Source of the DNA: Alphaproteobacteria bacterium
Lineage (GTDB): Bacteria > Pseudomonadota > Alphaproteobacteria > GCA-2731375
Direction of reading: 5' to 3'
Assembly (NCBI GenBank): GCA_965232515.1
Contig: CBDDPY010000002.1
Coordinates: forward strand, 5,856,001-5,920,000
Length of the DNA stretch: 64,000 nt
This document shows, piece after piece, positions 10,366 to 20,317 of this stretch. The position numbers and the translations under genes are program-made. The notes beneath the pieces were generated by a model. It saw only the letters and a program-made list of their open reading frames with translations, had not been told where the DNA came from and searched no databases. How positions within the stretch are numbered: position 1 is the first letter of the stretch; each line of letters opens with the position of its first letter.

Positions 10366-10713
10366 GACCCGCCCTCATAGATCATCCGAACACTACACGA
10401 TATCGAAACAATGGCCCAAACAGACCTCGGCGAATGTCTGTGACATTTTTCGGACACGCGTCGAGTCCTTGCACGATGCTTGGCTTCATCTCCGGTTGAT
10501 CTGCAAACAATCGTTTTCGCAATCGCGTCGCCATCCATCCCGCGGATGGCTAGACCGACCGAATCGCCATCATCGCCGGAGATGTCGCCCCGCTTCGAAC
10601 CGCGACAGTTCCACAGCTCGAGAAATCTTGATGTGAAATTGCTCACAACACGGCAACGGCGCGGGTTAACCGCGCCGTTGCTCCACGGGGTAATTGCTGT
10701 TGCGCGCCGGGAT

Positions 10714-11496
10714 CTAACGCCAGCGGTACCCGTAACCGGGGCAGTTCTCGATTTCGACGAAATGACTGTCGATCATGCTGAACTTGCGGCGAATCCGCTT
10801 GATGCAGGCGCGGACGTTGGTGCGATAGCCGTTGTCCCCGTCGCCGGCGATGAAACCGTCGCCATGCACGACGTCGTAGATCTCCCGGTAAGACGTGTTC
10901 TCGCCGGCGCGCGACGCCAGCAGACGGACGATATTGAACTCCGTCAGCGTCAACTCGACCTCGCGGCCGCGCCAGACGGCCCGGCTGGACGAGAGTTCCA
11001 AGGCCCCCCGGCGCACCACGCCCACCTCGGCCGGCGCGTCGGCCGCGTTCTTGTCGCGCTCGCCGATCAGCTTCAGCCGGCGAACCAGGATCGACAGGCT
11101 GCGGGACTTATCGATGAAGTCGACCGCGCCGCCGCCGAGCGCCACGTCCTCGTAGACCTGGTCGCACATGACCGTCAGGAAAACGACGGGCACGCGAACG
11201 CCGTCGCGCCGCAGGCGGCGGAACAGATCCGAGCCCGACATGCCCGGCATCTTCCAGTCGAGGATGATGATGTCGCCGGTGTCGCCGTTGGCGAAATACT
11301 TCAGGACATCGACGCCGTTGTTGAAGTCGACGACGTCGAAGCCCTCGTCGAGCAGGTTCCCGCGAAGCACCTCACGAAAATCCTCGTCGTCGTCCACCAG
11401 TACCAATCGCGTGCGCTGACGCACCGCGCGGATCGGCGGTTTTTCATGTTCGGACGCAGACGGTTCGTTGTCGTCTGTGTATTGCAGATGCGTCAT
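10714..11496 (-). CDS. orphan OmpR-family response regulator, ChvI-like
   Basis: Receiver motifs LVDDD, IILDWKMP, FIDK; winged-helix end IKRIRRKF...GYGYRW; start uncertain. Confidence 0.85.
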   Translation of the reverse strand: MTHLQYTDDNEPSASEHEKPPIRAVRQRTRLVLVDDDEDFREVLRGNLLDEGFDVVDFNNGVDVLKYFANGDTGDIIILDWKMPGMSGSDLFRRLRRDGVRVPVVFLTVMCDQVYEDVALGGGAVDFIDKSRSLSILVRRLKLIGERDKNAADAPAEVGVVRRGALELSSSRAVWRGREVELTLTEFNIVRLLASRAGENTSYREIYDVVHGDGFIAGDGDNGYRTNVRACIKRIRRKFSMIDSHFVEIENCPGYGYRWR

Positions 11497-11905
11497 GGCA
11501 GTGGCCCTCGTTTGCCATCGCATAATTGATGTGTTCTGGCGTCTCGCTCCCTGGTGTCGCCCCCAGTCACCAACCCGATGTCAATCTGCCATCGCAGGAT
11601 GGCAGATTGTCGTCCGGCCCGATGACCGCATCGTGATGCCGGTGCCCGTCATTGGCTTGCCCCGGTGTCATGTCCTGGATTGCCCGCCGTCCGTTTCCGA
11701 CATTCGTCATTCCGACGTTTATAACCTAGCAAAGCTTTCGCTGTTTTCGCACAAGCTTTTTATTCGCAGTCGAAATCTTCTCTTATTTAAGTAGTTCCGA
11801 TTTCGTCGATATCGAGTCAATCGAATTACACTGCGAACGACTGCAATGGCAACGTGCATATCTGCAGACCTCGCATGCGTCGCAGAACGGCCGGCACCCC
11901 GGTCG

Positions 11906-12262
11906 TCAGCGCGGTAGCGGTTTGGCGAAGCTGATCTCATGACCGTCGGGATCGGTCAGGTGAAAATAGCGCTCGCCCCATTCCGCATCGCGCGGGGCGG
12001 CCTCGGGCTGGTAGCCGTTGTCGAGCGCTGTTTTGTACAAGGCGTCGACGTCGTCGACGTGGAAGATGAACCGGCCCCACCAGGACCATTGCCGCGTCGC
12101 CGGCTGCGCGATCAGATTGAGGAAGCCGCGGCCGGCCGCAAAACTCGTGAATTCCGCCGATTCGCCGCCAAAAACCGGCTCGAATCCGAGCGACCGGTAA
12201 AAACCGACCGCCCGGCGCATGTCGTGTGTCGCCAGTGTGATGGCGCTAATGCTCGTGATCAT
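11906..12262 (-). CDS. VOC/glyoxalase family protein
   Basis: ITLATHDMRRAVGFY...DAEWGERYFHLTDPDGHEISF. Confidence 0.9.
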   Translation of the reverse strand: MITSISAITLATHDMRRAVGFYRSLGFEPVFGGESAEFTSFAAGRGFLNLIAQPATRQWSWWGRFIFHVDDVDALYKTALDNGYQPEAAPRDAEWGERYFHLTDPDGHEISFAKPLPR

Positions 12263-12654
12263 GATGCCCACCGCCGCTTCGGGACCTGGCGGCTGGCGAC
12301 GAAGCGCCCGCCACCAGCGTCCGGATCAACCGCAATATTCGAAGCTTCAGCATCTTGAATTGCGCTGGCACCTGTCCATATCGAAAACAGTAGCGACGGA
12401 AAATATTTCCCGATCGCGTTGAATTGGGTGCCGTTGTATCGGGCACTCGATTGCCGGTCTCGACGGCCAAAAGGCGGCGCCAGATCCGCCAGACAAAAAT
12501 TTCTTTAAAGCATAATCTGCCGGCCAGCGACCTGCCCCCCTGGGTCGGATTTTCGGTCGGTAGGGAGCGTCGGGTGTCGAGCCCGACGCTCCGCTATTGC
12601 CGGACATGCGCGCGGGCGGAGCGCCGGCGCTCTCGTCCGCTGTAAACACATGCG

Positions 12655-13530
12655 ATGATGGAGTTGGGTGTGAAGCCGGTCCGGCTCACCGAACCGATGC
12701 GGTCGACCCGCCTGGGGTTCGGCATTTTCAGCCGAGGCGGCCTGCTGTTCGGTGCGATGTCGGCGTTGGCCGTTTTCTGCGCCTGGCTGGTCGCCGGCAA
12801 TGCGGGGATTTTCCTGGCGATCGGCATCGTCTTCGCCACATTGGTCTTCGGACAACGCTTGTCGCCGCGAGCGATCATGCGCCTGCATCGCGCCGCGCCG
12901 CTGCCGGCCTGGCGCCTGCCGGCGGTGCATGCCGGCCTCGCGACGTTGGCGCACCGGGCCGGTCTGGGCCGGGCGCCCGAGATCTACCGGCTGCGCCGCG
13001 ACGATATCGTCGCCTTCACCGTGGGTAACGGGGACCGCTCGGCGATTGCCGTCTCCGACGGCGCGCTGCGGCACCTGCCGCCGCGCGAGCTCGGCGCCGT
13101 TCTCGCCCATGAGGTGGCGCACGTCGCCGCCGGCGACACGGCCTGGATGACGTTGGCCGACGTCATCGCGCGCACCACCACCAGCATATCCCTGGTCGGT
13201 ATTCTGAGCGGCCTGATCCTGGCGCTGATCAGCGGCGAGATCGCCATTCCGCTGTGGGCGGTCATGCTGCTGGCGTTGGCGCCGATGGCGACGGGGTTGC
13301 TGATGTCGGCCTTTTCGCGCGAACGCGAGTTCGCGGCGGACCTGGCCGCCGCCCGCCTGACCCGCGATCCCGCCGGTCTTGCCGCCGCGCTGGCGCGGAT
13401 CGATGCGGCGACGCACGGCGCCTGGCACGTCTTTCTGCGCTCGACGCGCCGGCGGGTCGCGCCGTCCATGCTGCGCTCGCATCCGCCCACCCAGGAACGC
13501 ATTCAGCGGCTGTTACAGCTCGCCGCGTGA
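12655..13530 (+). CDS. M48 family zinc metalloprotease (HtpX-like)
   Basis: AHEVAH zinc motif, SREREFAAD, SHPPTQERI, several TM helices. Confidence 0.9.
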   Translation: MMELGVKPVRLTEPMRSTRLGFGIFSRGGLLFGAMSALAVFCAWLVAGNAGIFLAIGIVFATLVFGQRLSPRAIMRLHRAAPLPAWRLPAVHAGLATLAHRAGLGRAPEIYRLRRDDIVAFTVGNGDRSAIAVSDGALRHLPPRELGAVLAHEVAHVAAGDTAWMTLADVIARTTTSISLVGILSGLILALISGEIAIPLWAVMLLALAPMATGLLMSAFSREREFAADLAAARLTRDPAGLAAALARIDAATHGAWHVFLRSTRRRVAPSMLRSHPPTQERIQRLLQLAA

Positions 13531-13548
13531 TTGCGGGGGACGTCCGCG

Positions 13549-13788
13549 CTAAAGCCCGAGCAGCCTGTCGACGTTCTGCGGCGCCAGTTGCGGTCCGGTG
13601 TAGATCTCGTCGCCGATCTGCAGCGCCGGGGTCGAGCGGATGTTGCGGCTTTCCAGCAGGTCCGCCGCGGCCTCGTCCATCAGCAGATCCTTCACATCGA
13701 ATTCGACGTCATGGGCCTTCAGATAGGCCTTGAGCTGCTCGCAGGGCCGGCAGAGCGGCGTCGTATAGACGATGATCCGTTGCGCCAT
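13549..13788 (-). CDS. glutaredoxin/NrdH-like redoxin
   Basis: YTTPLCRPC CxxC motif, STP cis-Pro motif, 79 aa; starts 5 nt after the selenoprotein stop. Confidence 0.85.
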   Translation of the reverse strand: MAQRIIVYTTPLCRPCEQLKAYLKAHDVEFDVKDLLMDEAAADLLESRNIRSTPALQIGDEIYTGPQLAPQNVDRLLGL

Positions 13789-13793
13789 CGGCG

Positions 13794-14669
13794 TCACACC
13801 TTTCCCTTGGCCTTCAGCTCCTTGTAGAGCTGCTTCTTCTTCAGCCAGTGGTCGTAGTCGTCGCCCTCGTTGAACGGCTGCGCCTCGGTGAAGATCAGAT
13901 CCTTCCAGCGCTCGCCCTTGGGCCATTGCAGCGGCGCTTGCACGGTCGTGCGCGGCGCGGTCGCCGTTTCCAGCAGGTCGAGCGCCTGCCCAACGACGGA
14001 TCGTTGCATTCCGACGTCAAACGGTACGCCGCAAGGATTGCCCAACGGAAAGTCGACGAAGACGAAGCGGGCGACGCCGCAATGCTCGACGATGTCGCGG
14101 GCGCAGCCGATGACGACCGTCGGCAGGCCATGGTCTTCCAGATAGCGCGAAACCAGACTCACGGTCTGGTGGCAAACCGGTCAGACCGGGGTCAGGACAA
14201 CCGCATCGACGCCGTCCTCGCGGCATCGCTTCAGCACCTCGGGCGCGTCGTTCTCCAGCACCCGGCGCTGGCTGTACTTCTGATAGACGCCATGACAGCG
14301 CGCCGCCAGTTCGCCGATCCGGCCGGCTTCGGCGAATTCCTGCAAACGGGTGAGCGGGAAATAGCTGTTCACGTCGTCGAGATGCGTCGCGTGCTTGTCG
14401 TAATCGACCTGCCGGCTGTAGAGCCGGTCGATGGGCGTGTCCGAGGGGATCGAATAGACGTTGCCGACGGTCTCCTCTTCCAACGAGACCTCGCCGTCGC
14501 CGCGCACCGAAATCTCGCTGGTCGACACCAGGGCAATCCGCGACTGATTCAACGGTTTGGCCAGCGGGGTGAACGGCACATCGTCGAAATGCGCCCATTC
14601 ATAGGCTTTGTCGTAGCCGAGCGAATGATAGTAGTCCCGCGTCCTGTCGATATATCTCACATGCGTCAT
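13794..14669 (-). CDS. PrdB/GrdB-like selenoprotein (Sec at UGA 14183-14181, UxxC motif)
   Basis: Two ORF-track pieces are in frame across one TGA: VLTPV-TGA-PVCHQTVSLVSRYLE...GLPTV...FPLGNPCG; both halves resemble D-proline reductase PrdB; SECIS-like hairpin follows; 291 aa. Confidence 0.9.
14152..14170 (-). promoter_or_regulatory. putative bacterial SECIS element
   Basis: ACCAGAC-CGUGA-GUCUGGU perfect 7-bp stem starting 11 nt after the UGA, G-containing loop. Confidence 0.75.
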
Positions 14670-14761
14670 GGTTTCTTCGGTCCATTTATCGGTGGCGTCC
14701 GCCTGACAATGTTAAGGGTTGCCGCACCGGAACCGCAAACCGACGGAACTGATTGCCGGTT

Positions 14762-15853
14762 TCAATTGACGCGGTGGGCGTCGAGCGCCTGCCAGTCGAA
14801 GGCGATGCCGTGACCCGGCCGGTCGGGCGCGATGGCCATGCCGTCGCGCATCTCCAGCGGCTGCGCCATGTAACGCTCGAGCCCAAAGCCGTGCACCTCC
14901 AGATAGGCGGCGTTCCGCGACGCCGCCAGCAGATGCACATGGACGTCATGGGCGCCGTGCGAGGTGACGGGCAGGCCGTGCGCATCGGCGAGATGGGCGA
15001 TCTTCATCCAGGGCGTGATGCCGCCGCAGGTGGTGAGGTCGGGCTCGGGGAAATCGACGCCCCCCGCCGAGATCAGGGCGGTGAACTCCGACACGGTATG
15101 CAGGTTTTCGCCGGCCGCCAGCGGCACGCCGCCCTGCGCGCGCAAGTGCGCATAGCCGGCGTAGTCGTCTGGCCGGATCGGCTCCTCGACCCAGACCAGG
15201 TCAAACGGCCGCAGCGCCTGCAGCGCCCGCAAGGCCTGGTCAACGCGCCAGGCCTCGTTGGCGTCGGCCATCAGCTCGATGTCGGGACCGAGATGCTCCC
15301 GCATCGCCGTCACCCGCGCGATGTCCTCGCGCAGGCTGGGCTTGCCGAGGCGCATCTTGATCGAGCGGAAGCCGGCGTCCAGGCTGCGGCTGGCGCCGGC
15401 CAGCAGCTTCTCGAGCGGGAAGTTCAGATCGATGTTCCCCGCATAGGCCGGCACTTCCGGGTTGTAGCCGCCGAGCAGACGCCACAACGGCTCGCCCAGC
15501 GTGTTGCCGCGCAAGTCCCACAGCGCCGTGTCGACGGCCGCCAGCGCGAAGCTGACCGGCGCGCCGCGGCCGGCATAGTGCTGGGTGCGCCACAGGCGCG
15601 ACCAGATCCATTCGATCCGGCGCGGATCCTCAGCCCGGACGATATCGGCGTAGACCGTGTCGATGATGGTCGCCACCGCCGGGCCCTGTCCCGTCATCAG
15701 CACGGTATAGCCGCAGCCCTCCGCGCCATCGGCGTCGCGCAGCCGCACCATCACCATGTCGAATTCGCTCATGACGGCGGTGCTCGCGCCCTGAACCGGC
15801 TCGGGCAGCGGTATCCGATAGAGCGTGGTTTCCAGGCTGTCGATGCGCGCCAT
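14762..15853 (-). CDS. mandelate racemase/muconate lactonizing enzyme family protein
   Basis: VDTALWDL, KMR, MADAN, WVEEP, AAGEN, SHG enolase-superfamily motifs. Confidence 0.9.
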   Translation of the reverse strand: MARIDSLETTLYRIPLPEPVQGASTAVMSEFDMVMVRLRDADGAEGCGYTVLMTGQGPAVATIIDTVYADIVRAEDPRRIEWIWSRLWRTQHYAGRGAPVSFALAAVDTALWDLRGNTLGEPLWRLLGGYNPEVPAYAGNIDLNFPLEKLLAGASRSLDAGFRSIKMRLGKPSLREDIARVTAMREHLGPDIELMADANEAWRVDQALRALQALRPFDLVWVEEPIRPDDYAGYAHLRAQGGVPLAAGENLHTVSEFTALISAGGVDFPEPDLTTCGGITPWMKIAHLADAHGLPVTSHGAHDVHVHLLAASRNAAYLEVHGFGLERYMAQPLEMRDGMAIAPDRPGHGIAFDWQALDAHRVN

Positions 15854-15988
15854 GTCCCAAGTCTCCTCCACATTCCGGTCTTCCAAATCATAGCGCGGAA
15901 CCGTCGGACGGAGGGACTGGACAGGACGGCCCGGCGTGCCGTCTCATATCAGTCGACGCATTCGGACGAGATCGAAGGAGGGCGCGCC

Positions 15989-16330
15989 ATGCTGATCGCC
16001 ATCGTCACCATTCCCACGGGCAGCAAACGCAGCAAGGAGGAAGCGATCGCAGCCGGCAAGCTCTCGGCGCCGATGTATGTCGGCATGAAGGGCCTGCTGC
16101 GGAAGGATTATCTCAACGGCGACGACGGCGGTGGCGGCGTCTATCTGTGGGAGTCAAAGGAAGCGGCCGACGCCTGGTACAACGACGACTGGTGGCCGAT
16201 GATGGAGAAACGCTTCGGCGTGCGGCCGACGCTCACCTACTACGACCACTACGTCACCGTCGACAACGTGGCGAACGAAGTCCGCGTCGATGGCCAGCCG
16301 ATCGAGCTGAAACAGGCCGCCGCCGAGTAG
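15989..16330 (+). CDS. YdhR-like putative monooxygenase (dimeric alpha+beta barrel)
   Basis: GGAGG RBS then ATG; GLLRKDYL...GGGVYLWESKEAADAWY. Confidence 0.75.
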   Translation: MLIAIVTIPTGSKRSKEEAIAAGKLSAPMYVGMKGLLRKDYLNGDDGGGGVYLWESKEAADAWYNDDWWPMMEKRFGVRPTLTYYDHYVTVDNVANEVRVDGQPIELKQAAAE

Positions 16331-16336
16331 ACAGAG

Positions 16337-17461
16337 TCAGCCGCGCAGGAACTGCAGCAGCAGCTCGCTGACCTGCTCGGGCTGTTCCTGTTGCACCCAG
16401 TGGCCGGCGCCGTCGATCAGGTGGCAGCCCCGGAACTGCGAACAGGCCGAGGTCTGCATGGCCTCGATGGCGCCGGGGGCCTGATAGATGCCCCAGTCCT
16501 GTTTTCCGGCGATGAAGGCTGCCGGCACGTCGATGCTACGGCCGGCGAAGAGGCGCAGGTCGGCGGTGTTCCGGCCGCTGGTGCCGCAGCGGTACCATTG
16601 CAAGCCGCCCTGGAAGCCGTTGCGGCCGAATTCGCCGGCATAGACCGCGAGCTCGGCGTCGGTCAGCCAGTGGCAGGCGGCGATCTCGGCGGCCGATGGC
16701 ATTTCCTCGGCCACCGTCTCGGCCATGTTCTTGTCCAGGTCCATGACGTAATAGGTCGGCAGCTTGGAGAGCTCGTCCGCGCGCCAGCCGTCCAGCGGAT
16801 AGGGACGGTTCTGCGGCCAGTCGGCGCTTTTTTGGTGATAGTAGGCGCGCAGAAAATTGTGGATGCCCTGCGGGCAGTCGCGCATGTCGGCGTCGGCCTC
16901 GGGGCCGGAATAGTACCATTGGTAATGTTTGCGTGGCCGGGCCAGCGCGGCGAGATCGTCATGGATGGTGTCAACGCCCGTGCGGGACGTGAGCGACGGC
17001 GTGCCGCCGAAGGGCGCGCTCATCATCACCACGGCAGGGAACACGTCGGGGCGGATCAGGGCGCAGCAGGCGGCGACCGGCGAGCCGAAATCGTGGCCGA
17101 CCACGGCCTCGACCGAGGCATAACCGAGCGCCGAGACCAGGCCGAGCGCGTCCGTCACCAGATTGAAGAAGCGGAACGGCTTGAGGGGATCGTCGTGCGC
17201 GCCGGCCCAGCCAGTGGTGCGGCCGTAGCCGCGCTGGTCCGGCGCGACGACGTGGTAGCCGGCCTCGGCCAGCACCGGCATCACCTTGCGCCAGCTATAG
17301 GCCAGTTCCGGAAAGCCGTGCAGCAGCAGAAGGCAGGGCCGGTCGCCGCCGTCGAAGCCGGCCTCCAGCACATGCATGTTGAGGCCGTTGCCGTTGTCGA
17401 CGAACCGCGAGCGGATGCCGGGCGGCAGCGTGTCGGCGCCATAGGCCGGAGTGTCGGTCAT
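16337..17461 (-). CDS. alpha/beta hydrolase, epoxide hydrolase-like
   Basis: HGFPELAYSWR, APDQRGYG, GHDFG, GAGHWVQQEQP. Confidence 0.9.
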   Translation of the reverse strand: MTDTPAYGADTLPPGIRSRFVDNGNGLNMHVLEAGFDGGDRPCLLLLHGFPELAYSWRKVMPVLAEAGYHVVAPDQRGYGRTTGWAGAHDDPLKPFRFFNLVTDALGLVSALGYASVEAVVGHDFGSPVAACCALIRPDVFPAVVMMSAPFGGTPSLTSRTGVDTIHDDLAALARPRKHYQWYYSGPEADADMRDCPQGIHNFLRAYYHQKSADWPQNRPYPLDGWRADELSKLPTYYVMDLDKNMAETVAEEMPSAAEIAACHWLTDAELAVYAGEFGRNGFQGGLQWYRCGTSGRNTADLRLFAGRSIDVPAAFIAGKQDWGIYQAPGAIEAMQTSACSQFRGCHLIDGAGHWVQQEQPEQVSELLLQFLRG

Positions 17462-17479
17462 CGCGTCGGACCCTCCCAT

Positions 17480-19705
17480 TCAGGCTGCGGCAAGTTCGAT
17501 GGTCGGCGCCGCGCCGGCGGCCTGCCGAACATGGCCGATGATCGCGCTCGCGGCGAAGCCGGCGTCATGCAGCGCCGCGAGACACGCCTCGGCCCGGTCG
17601 GCCGGCACGCCGGCCAGCAGGCCGCCGGCCGTCTGCGGATCGAACAACAGCGGATAGGCGGGGTGGCCGGCGGACACGCCACCCAAAGCCTCGGCGAAGG
17701 CTTCGTTCGCCGGTTGCAGCGAGCTGGCGATGCCGCCGGCCAGCAGTTCGACGGCGCCGGGTAGCGTCGGCAGCGCATCGAGCGTCAGTTGCGCCTGCAT
17801 ATCAGAAGCGCGCAGCATCTCGATCAGGTGGCCAAGCAGGCCGAAGCCGGTAACGTCGGTGCAGGCCGTGGCGCCGTGCGTCATGAGGTGTTCGGCCGCG
17901 ACACGGTTCGACAGCAGCATTGAGTCCAGCGCCGCGTCGACCCAATGGCTGCGCGCCTGCGCCCGCATGTCGGCGGCGAAGATCGTGCCCGTGCCGAGCG
18001 GTTTGGTCAGGATCAGGGCGTCGCCGTCCCGGAGCCCGCCCTTGCGCAGCAGCGCCTCCGACGACGCCAGCCCATTCACGGTCAGGCCAAAGACCATCTC
18101 CGCGCCTTCGCCGGTATGGCCGCCGATCAGCGCGCAGCCCGCGTCGTCGAGCGCCTCAACCGCGCCGGCCAGAAGCTGATGGAGGTCCTGCTCGACCTTC
18201 GCCTCGGGTCCGAAGGGCAGGGTGACGAGCGCCTGCGCCGTTTGCGGCGCCGCGCCCATGGCGTAGAGATCGCCCAGCGCATGGTTGGCGGTGATCCGCC
18301 CGAACAGGTAGGGGTCGTCCACGAAGGCGCGGAACTGGTCGACCGACTGCACCAGCAGCTTGCCGGCGGGCACCGCGATCACCGCGGCATCGTCTGGCGC
18401 GTCGAGGCCGATCGGCACGTCGCCACGCGTTTCGACCTGCAGCCGGTCGAGGACCCGCCGCAGAACCGGACTCGCCACCTTGGCGCCGCAACCGCCGCAA
18501 CGCATGCCGGTCGCCGCCGCGTCGCCGTCCGCATCGCCCGCGTCCATTTGCGGCAGTTCCTGGTACTTCAGCATCCAGCGCCGGTCGATCCAATCTTTCC
18601 AGCGCCAGACCCATCGTCCCTCCAGGGCGAGGTTCCCGTAGGAAGCGACAGCGTTCCGGTCGCCGCTCGAGATCAACGAGAGAAAACGCGGCTGCGGGCG
18701 ATAGGGGCGCAAGGCCTCGCCATTGGCGGCGCGCCGCAGATTGCGCGCCAGTACCGGGCCCTGGCGCACGGCATAGACGCCGGCCTTCGGCAGCGTGCGG
18801 CCCTCAATGGCGGCAACGTCGCCGGCCGCAAAGACGTCGGCATGCGAGACCGACTGCAAACTATCGTTGACCCGGATGAAGCCGGCGTCGTTCAGCGCCA
18901 CGCCGGTCTCGCCCAGCCATCCCGCCGCGCCAGCATGGGTCGCCAGGATCGCCGCGTCGAACGCGATTTCGGCGCCGCTTTCGCAGCGCAGGCGATCCAC
19001 CTCGAAGGCGACGACGTTTTCGCCGGTCCGCAGTTCGACGCCGCGGCTCTGCATGAAGCCCCGCATGGTCCGGCGCACGGCCGGGCTGTGGTTCGGCAGC
19101 GGCTCGGCCGCGTTGCTGACCACGGTCACCGACAGGCCGGCCGCATCGATACCGTTCTCGTCCAGCAGCTGCGCCAATCGGTGCCGCAGCGACAGGCTCA
19201 ATTCGACCCCGCCGGCGCCGCCGCCGACCACGACCAGGCGGAAGCGGCCGGCTTTCGCCAACACCGCCCGTTCGATCTCCGCCCGCCGTTCCAGGAACAG
19301 ATCGACCGGCTTCACCGGAATGGCGTGTTCGTCGGCGCCGGCGATGGCGGACCGGTTCGGCGTCGAGCCGATGTCGATCGACAGCGTGTCGAAGCCGACC
19401 GGCGGCCGGCCGTCGCAATGCACGAGGCGCTGGTTGAAATCGATACCGCTGGCGCTGGTGTGGTAGAGCCGGGCGCCGGCGAAGCGGGCGAGCGGCTGCA
19501 GGTCGATATGGCTCTCGTCGCGGGTGTAATGGCCGGCGATCAGGCCCGGCAGCATGCCGGAATAGGGCGTGTGCACGTCGCGCGTGATCAGCGTCAGGCG
19601 CAGGCCGGGTTGCGGCCGCATGCCCAAGGACTTCAGCACATCGACATGGCTGTGGCCGCCGCCCACCAGAACCAGATCGTGCGTGACCGGCTCGTTCTGC
19701 TTCAC
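17480..19705 (-). CDS. selD: selenide, water dikinase fused to an N-terminal FAD-dependent pyridine nucleotide-disulfide oxidoreductase domain
   Basis: N-term VGGGHSH, PYSGMLPG, GGGAGG, FAAGD, PKAGVYAVRQG; SelD domain RCGGCGAK, DDAA, QSVD, GGHT, LTKPLGTG, DVTGFGL, DPQTAGGLL; GTG start after GGAGGA. Confidence 0.95.
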   Translation of the reverse strand: MKQNEPVTHDLVLVGGGHSHVDVLKSLGMRPQPGLRLTLITRDVHTPYSGMLPGLIAGHYTRDESHIDLQPLARFAGARLYHTSASGIDFNQRLVHCDGRPPVGFDTLSIDIGSTPNRSAIAGADEHAIPVKPVDLFLERRAEIERAVLAKAGRFRLVVVGGGAGGVELSLSLRHRLAQLLDENGIDAAGLSVTVVSNAAEPLPNHSPAVRRTMRGFMQSRGVELRTGENVVAFEVDRLRCESGAEIAFDAAILATHAGAAGWLGETGVALNDAGFIRVNDSLQSVSHADVFAAGDVAAIEGRTLPKAGVYAVRQGPVLARNLRRAANGEALRPYRPQPRFLSLISSGDRNAVASYGNLALEGRWVWRWKDWIDRRWMLKYQELPQMDAGDADGDAAATGMRCGGCGAKVASPVLRRVLDRLQVETRGDVPIGLDAPDDAAVIAVPAGKLLVQSVDQFRAFVDDPYLFGRITANHALGDLYAMGAAPQTAQALVTLPFGPEAKVEQDLHQLLAGAVEALDDAGCALIGGHTGEGAEMVFGLTVNGLASSEALLRKGGLRDGDALILTKPLGTGTIFAADMRAQARSHWVDAALDSMLLSNRVAAEHLMTHGATACTDVTGFGLLGHLIEMLRASDMQAQLTLDALPTLPGAVELLAGGIASSLQPANEAFAEALGGVSAGHPAYPLLFDPQTAGGLLAGVPADRAEACLAALHDAGFAASAIIGHVRQAAGAAPTIELAAA

Positions 19706-19745
19706 TCTTCGTTCCTCCCGGCGTCCCCCGCGCCGGGAGACGAAA

Positions 19746-20294
19746 TCAACTCTGTTGCCAGACCCGTTTGACTTGCGACAACGCTTCTGAAACCCGACCG
19801 TCAATCTCTTCCGACGTCAGCGTGCTCAGCGGATGGGCGATCACCACCGGCGCCAGCCCGTTCATGCCCAGCGCCGCCCGCTGCACCTCGGCCTCGCGCA
19901 CGAACTCCGTCGTGACGATCACCGCTGTCGGCAGACCCCGGGTCTCCAGGCTCACGGCGTCATGCATACAGCACGACGTGCAGGAGCCTCAGTCGCCGAT
20001 GGCGGTCAGCACCACGTCATTGTCGGCGACGATCTCGTCGATCAGCGCCGGCGCCGCGTTTTTCGAGAAGCTCTCCTTGCAGTAATGGTTGACTTCAGCG
20101 AAACGGATCTCGTCCGACAATTGCCCGCTCACCCGGCGCAGCAGCTTGCCGGCGTTCCACTTGCTGTTGTCGAGCACCGCGAGCCGCCGTCCGTCGAGGC
20201 CGGCGACGCGCTTGGCGAGCGGCGTTGCTTCGGCCTCCACGACGCCGCGCGGGTCGTAGACGAGGACGCCCCGACCGGTGTCCTGCGATGTCAT
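19746..20294 (-). CDS. UGSC-family selenoprotein (Sec at UGA 19991-19989)
   Basis: In-frame readthrough gives AIGD-U-GSCTSCCMHD...ETRGLPTAV; joins ORF-track pieces 19989-20411 and 19746-19967; 182 aa; SECIS-like hairpin. Confidence 0.9.
19958..19978 (-). promoter_or_regulatory. putative bacterial SECIS element
   Basis: CGUCGUGC-UGUAU-GCAUGACG 8-bp stem (one G-U) starting 11 nt after the UGA. Confidence 0.7.
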
Positions 20295-20317
20295 GTGCGT
20301 TTCCTCCACCATGTTTT

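Noticed and set aside
14753-15988. N-terminal 400 aa of the 525-aa ORF 14753-16330
   Set aside because: Antisense to the enolase-family gene; the real gene starts at ATG 15989 after a GGAGG RBS
18480-18510. SelD as a fourth selenoprotein
   Set aside because: Its active-site codons are Cys (CGGCGAK) with no in-frame TGA
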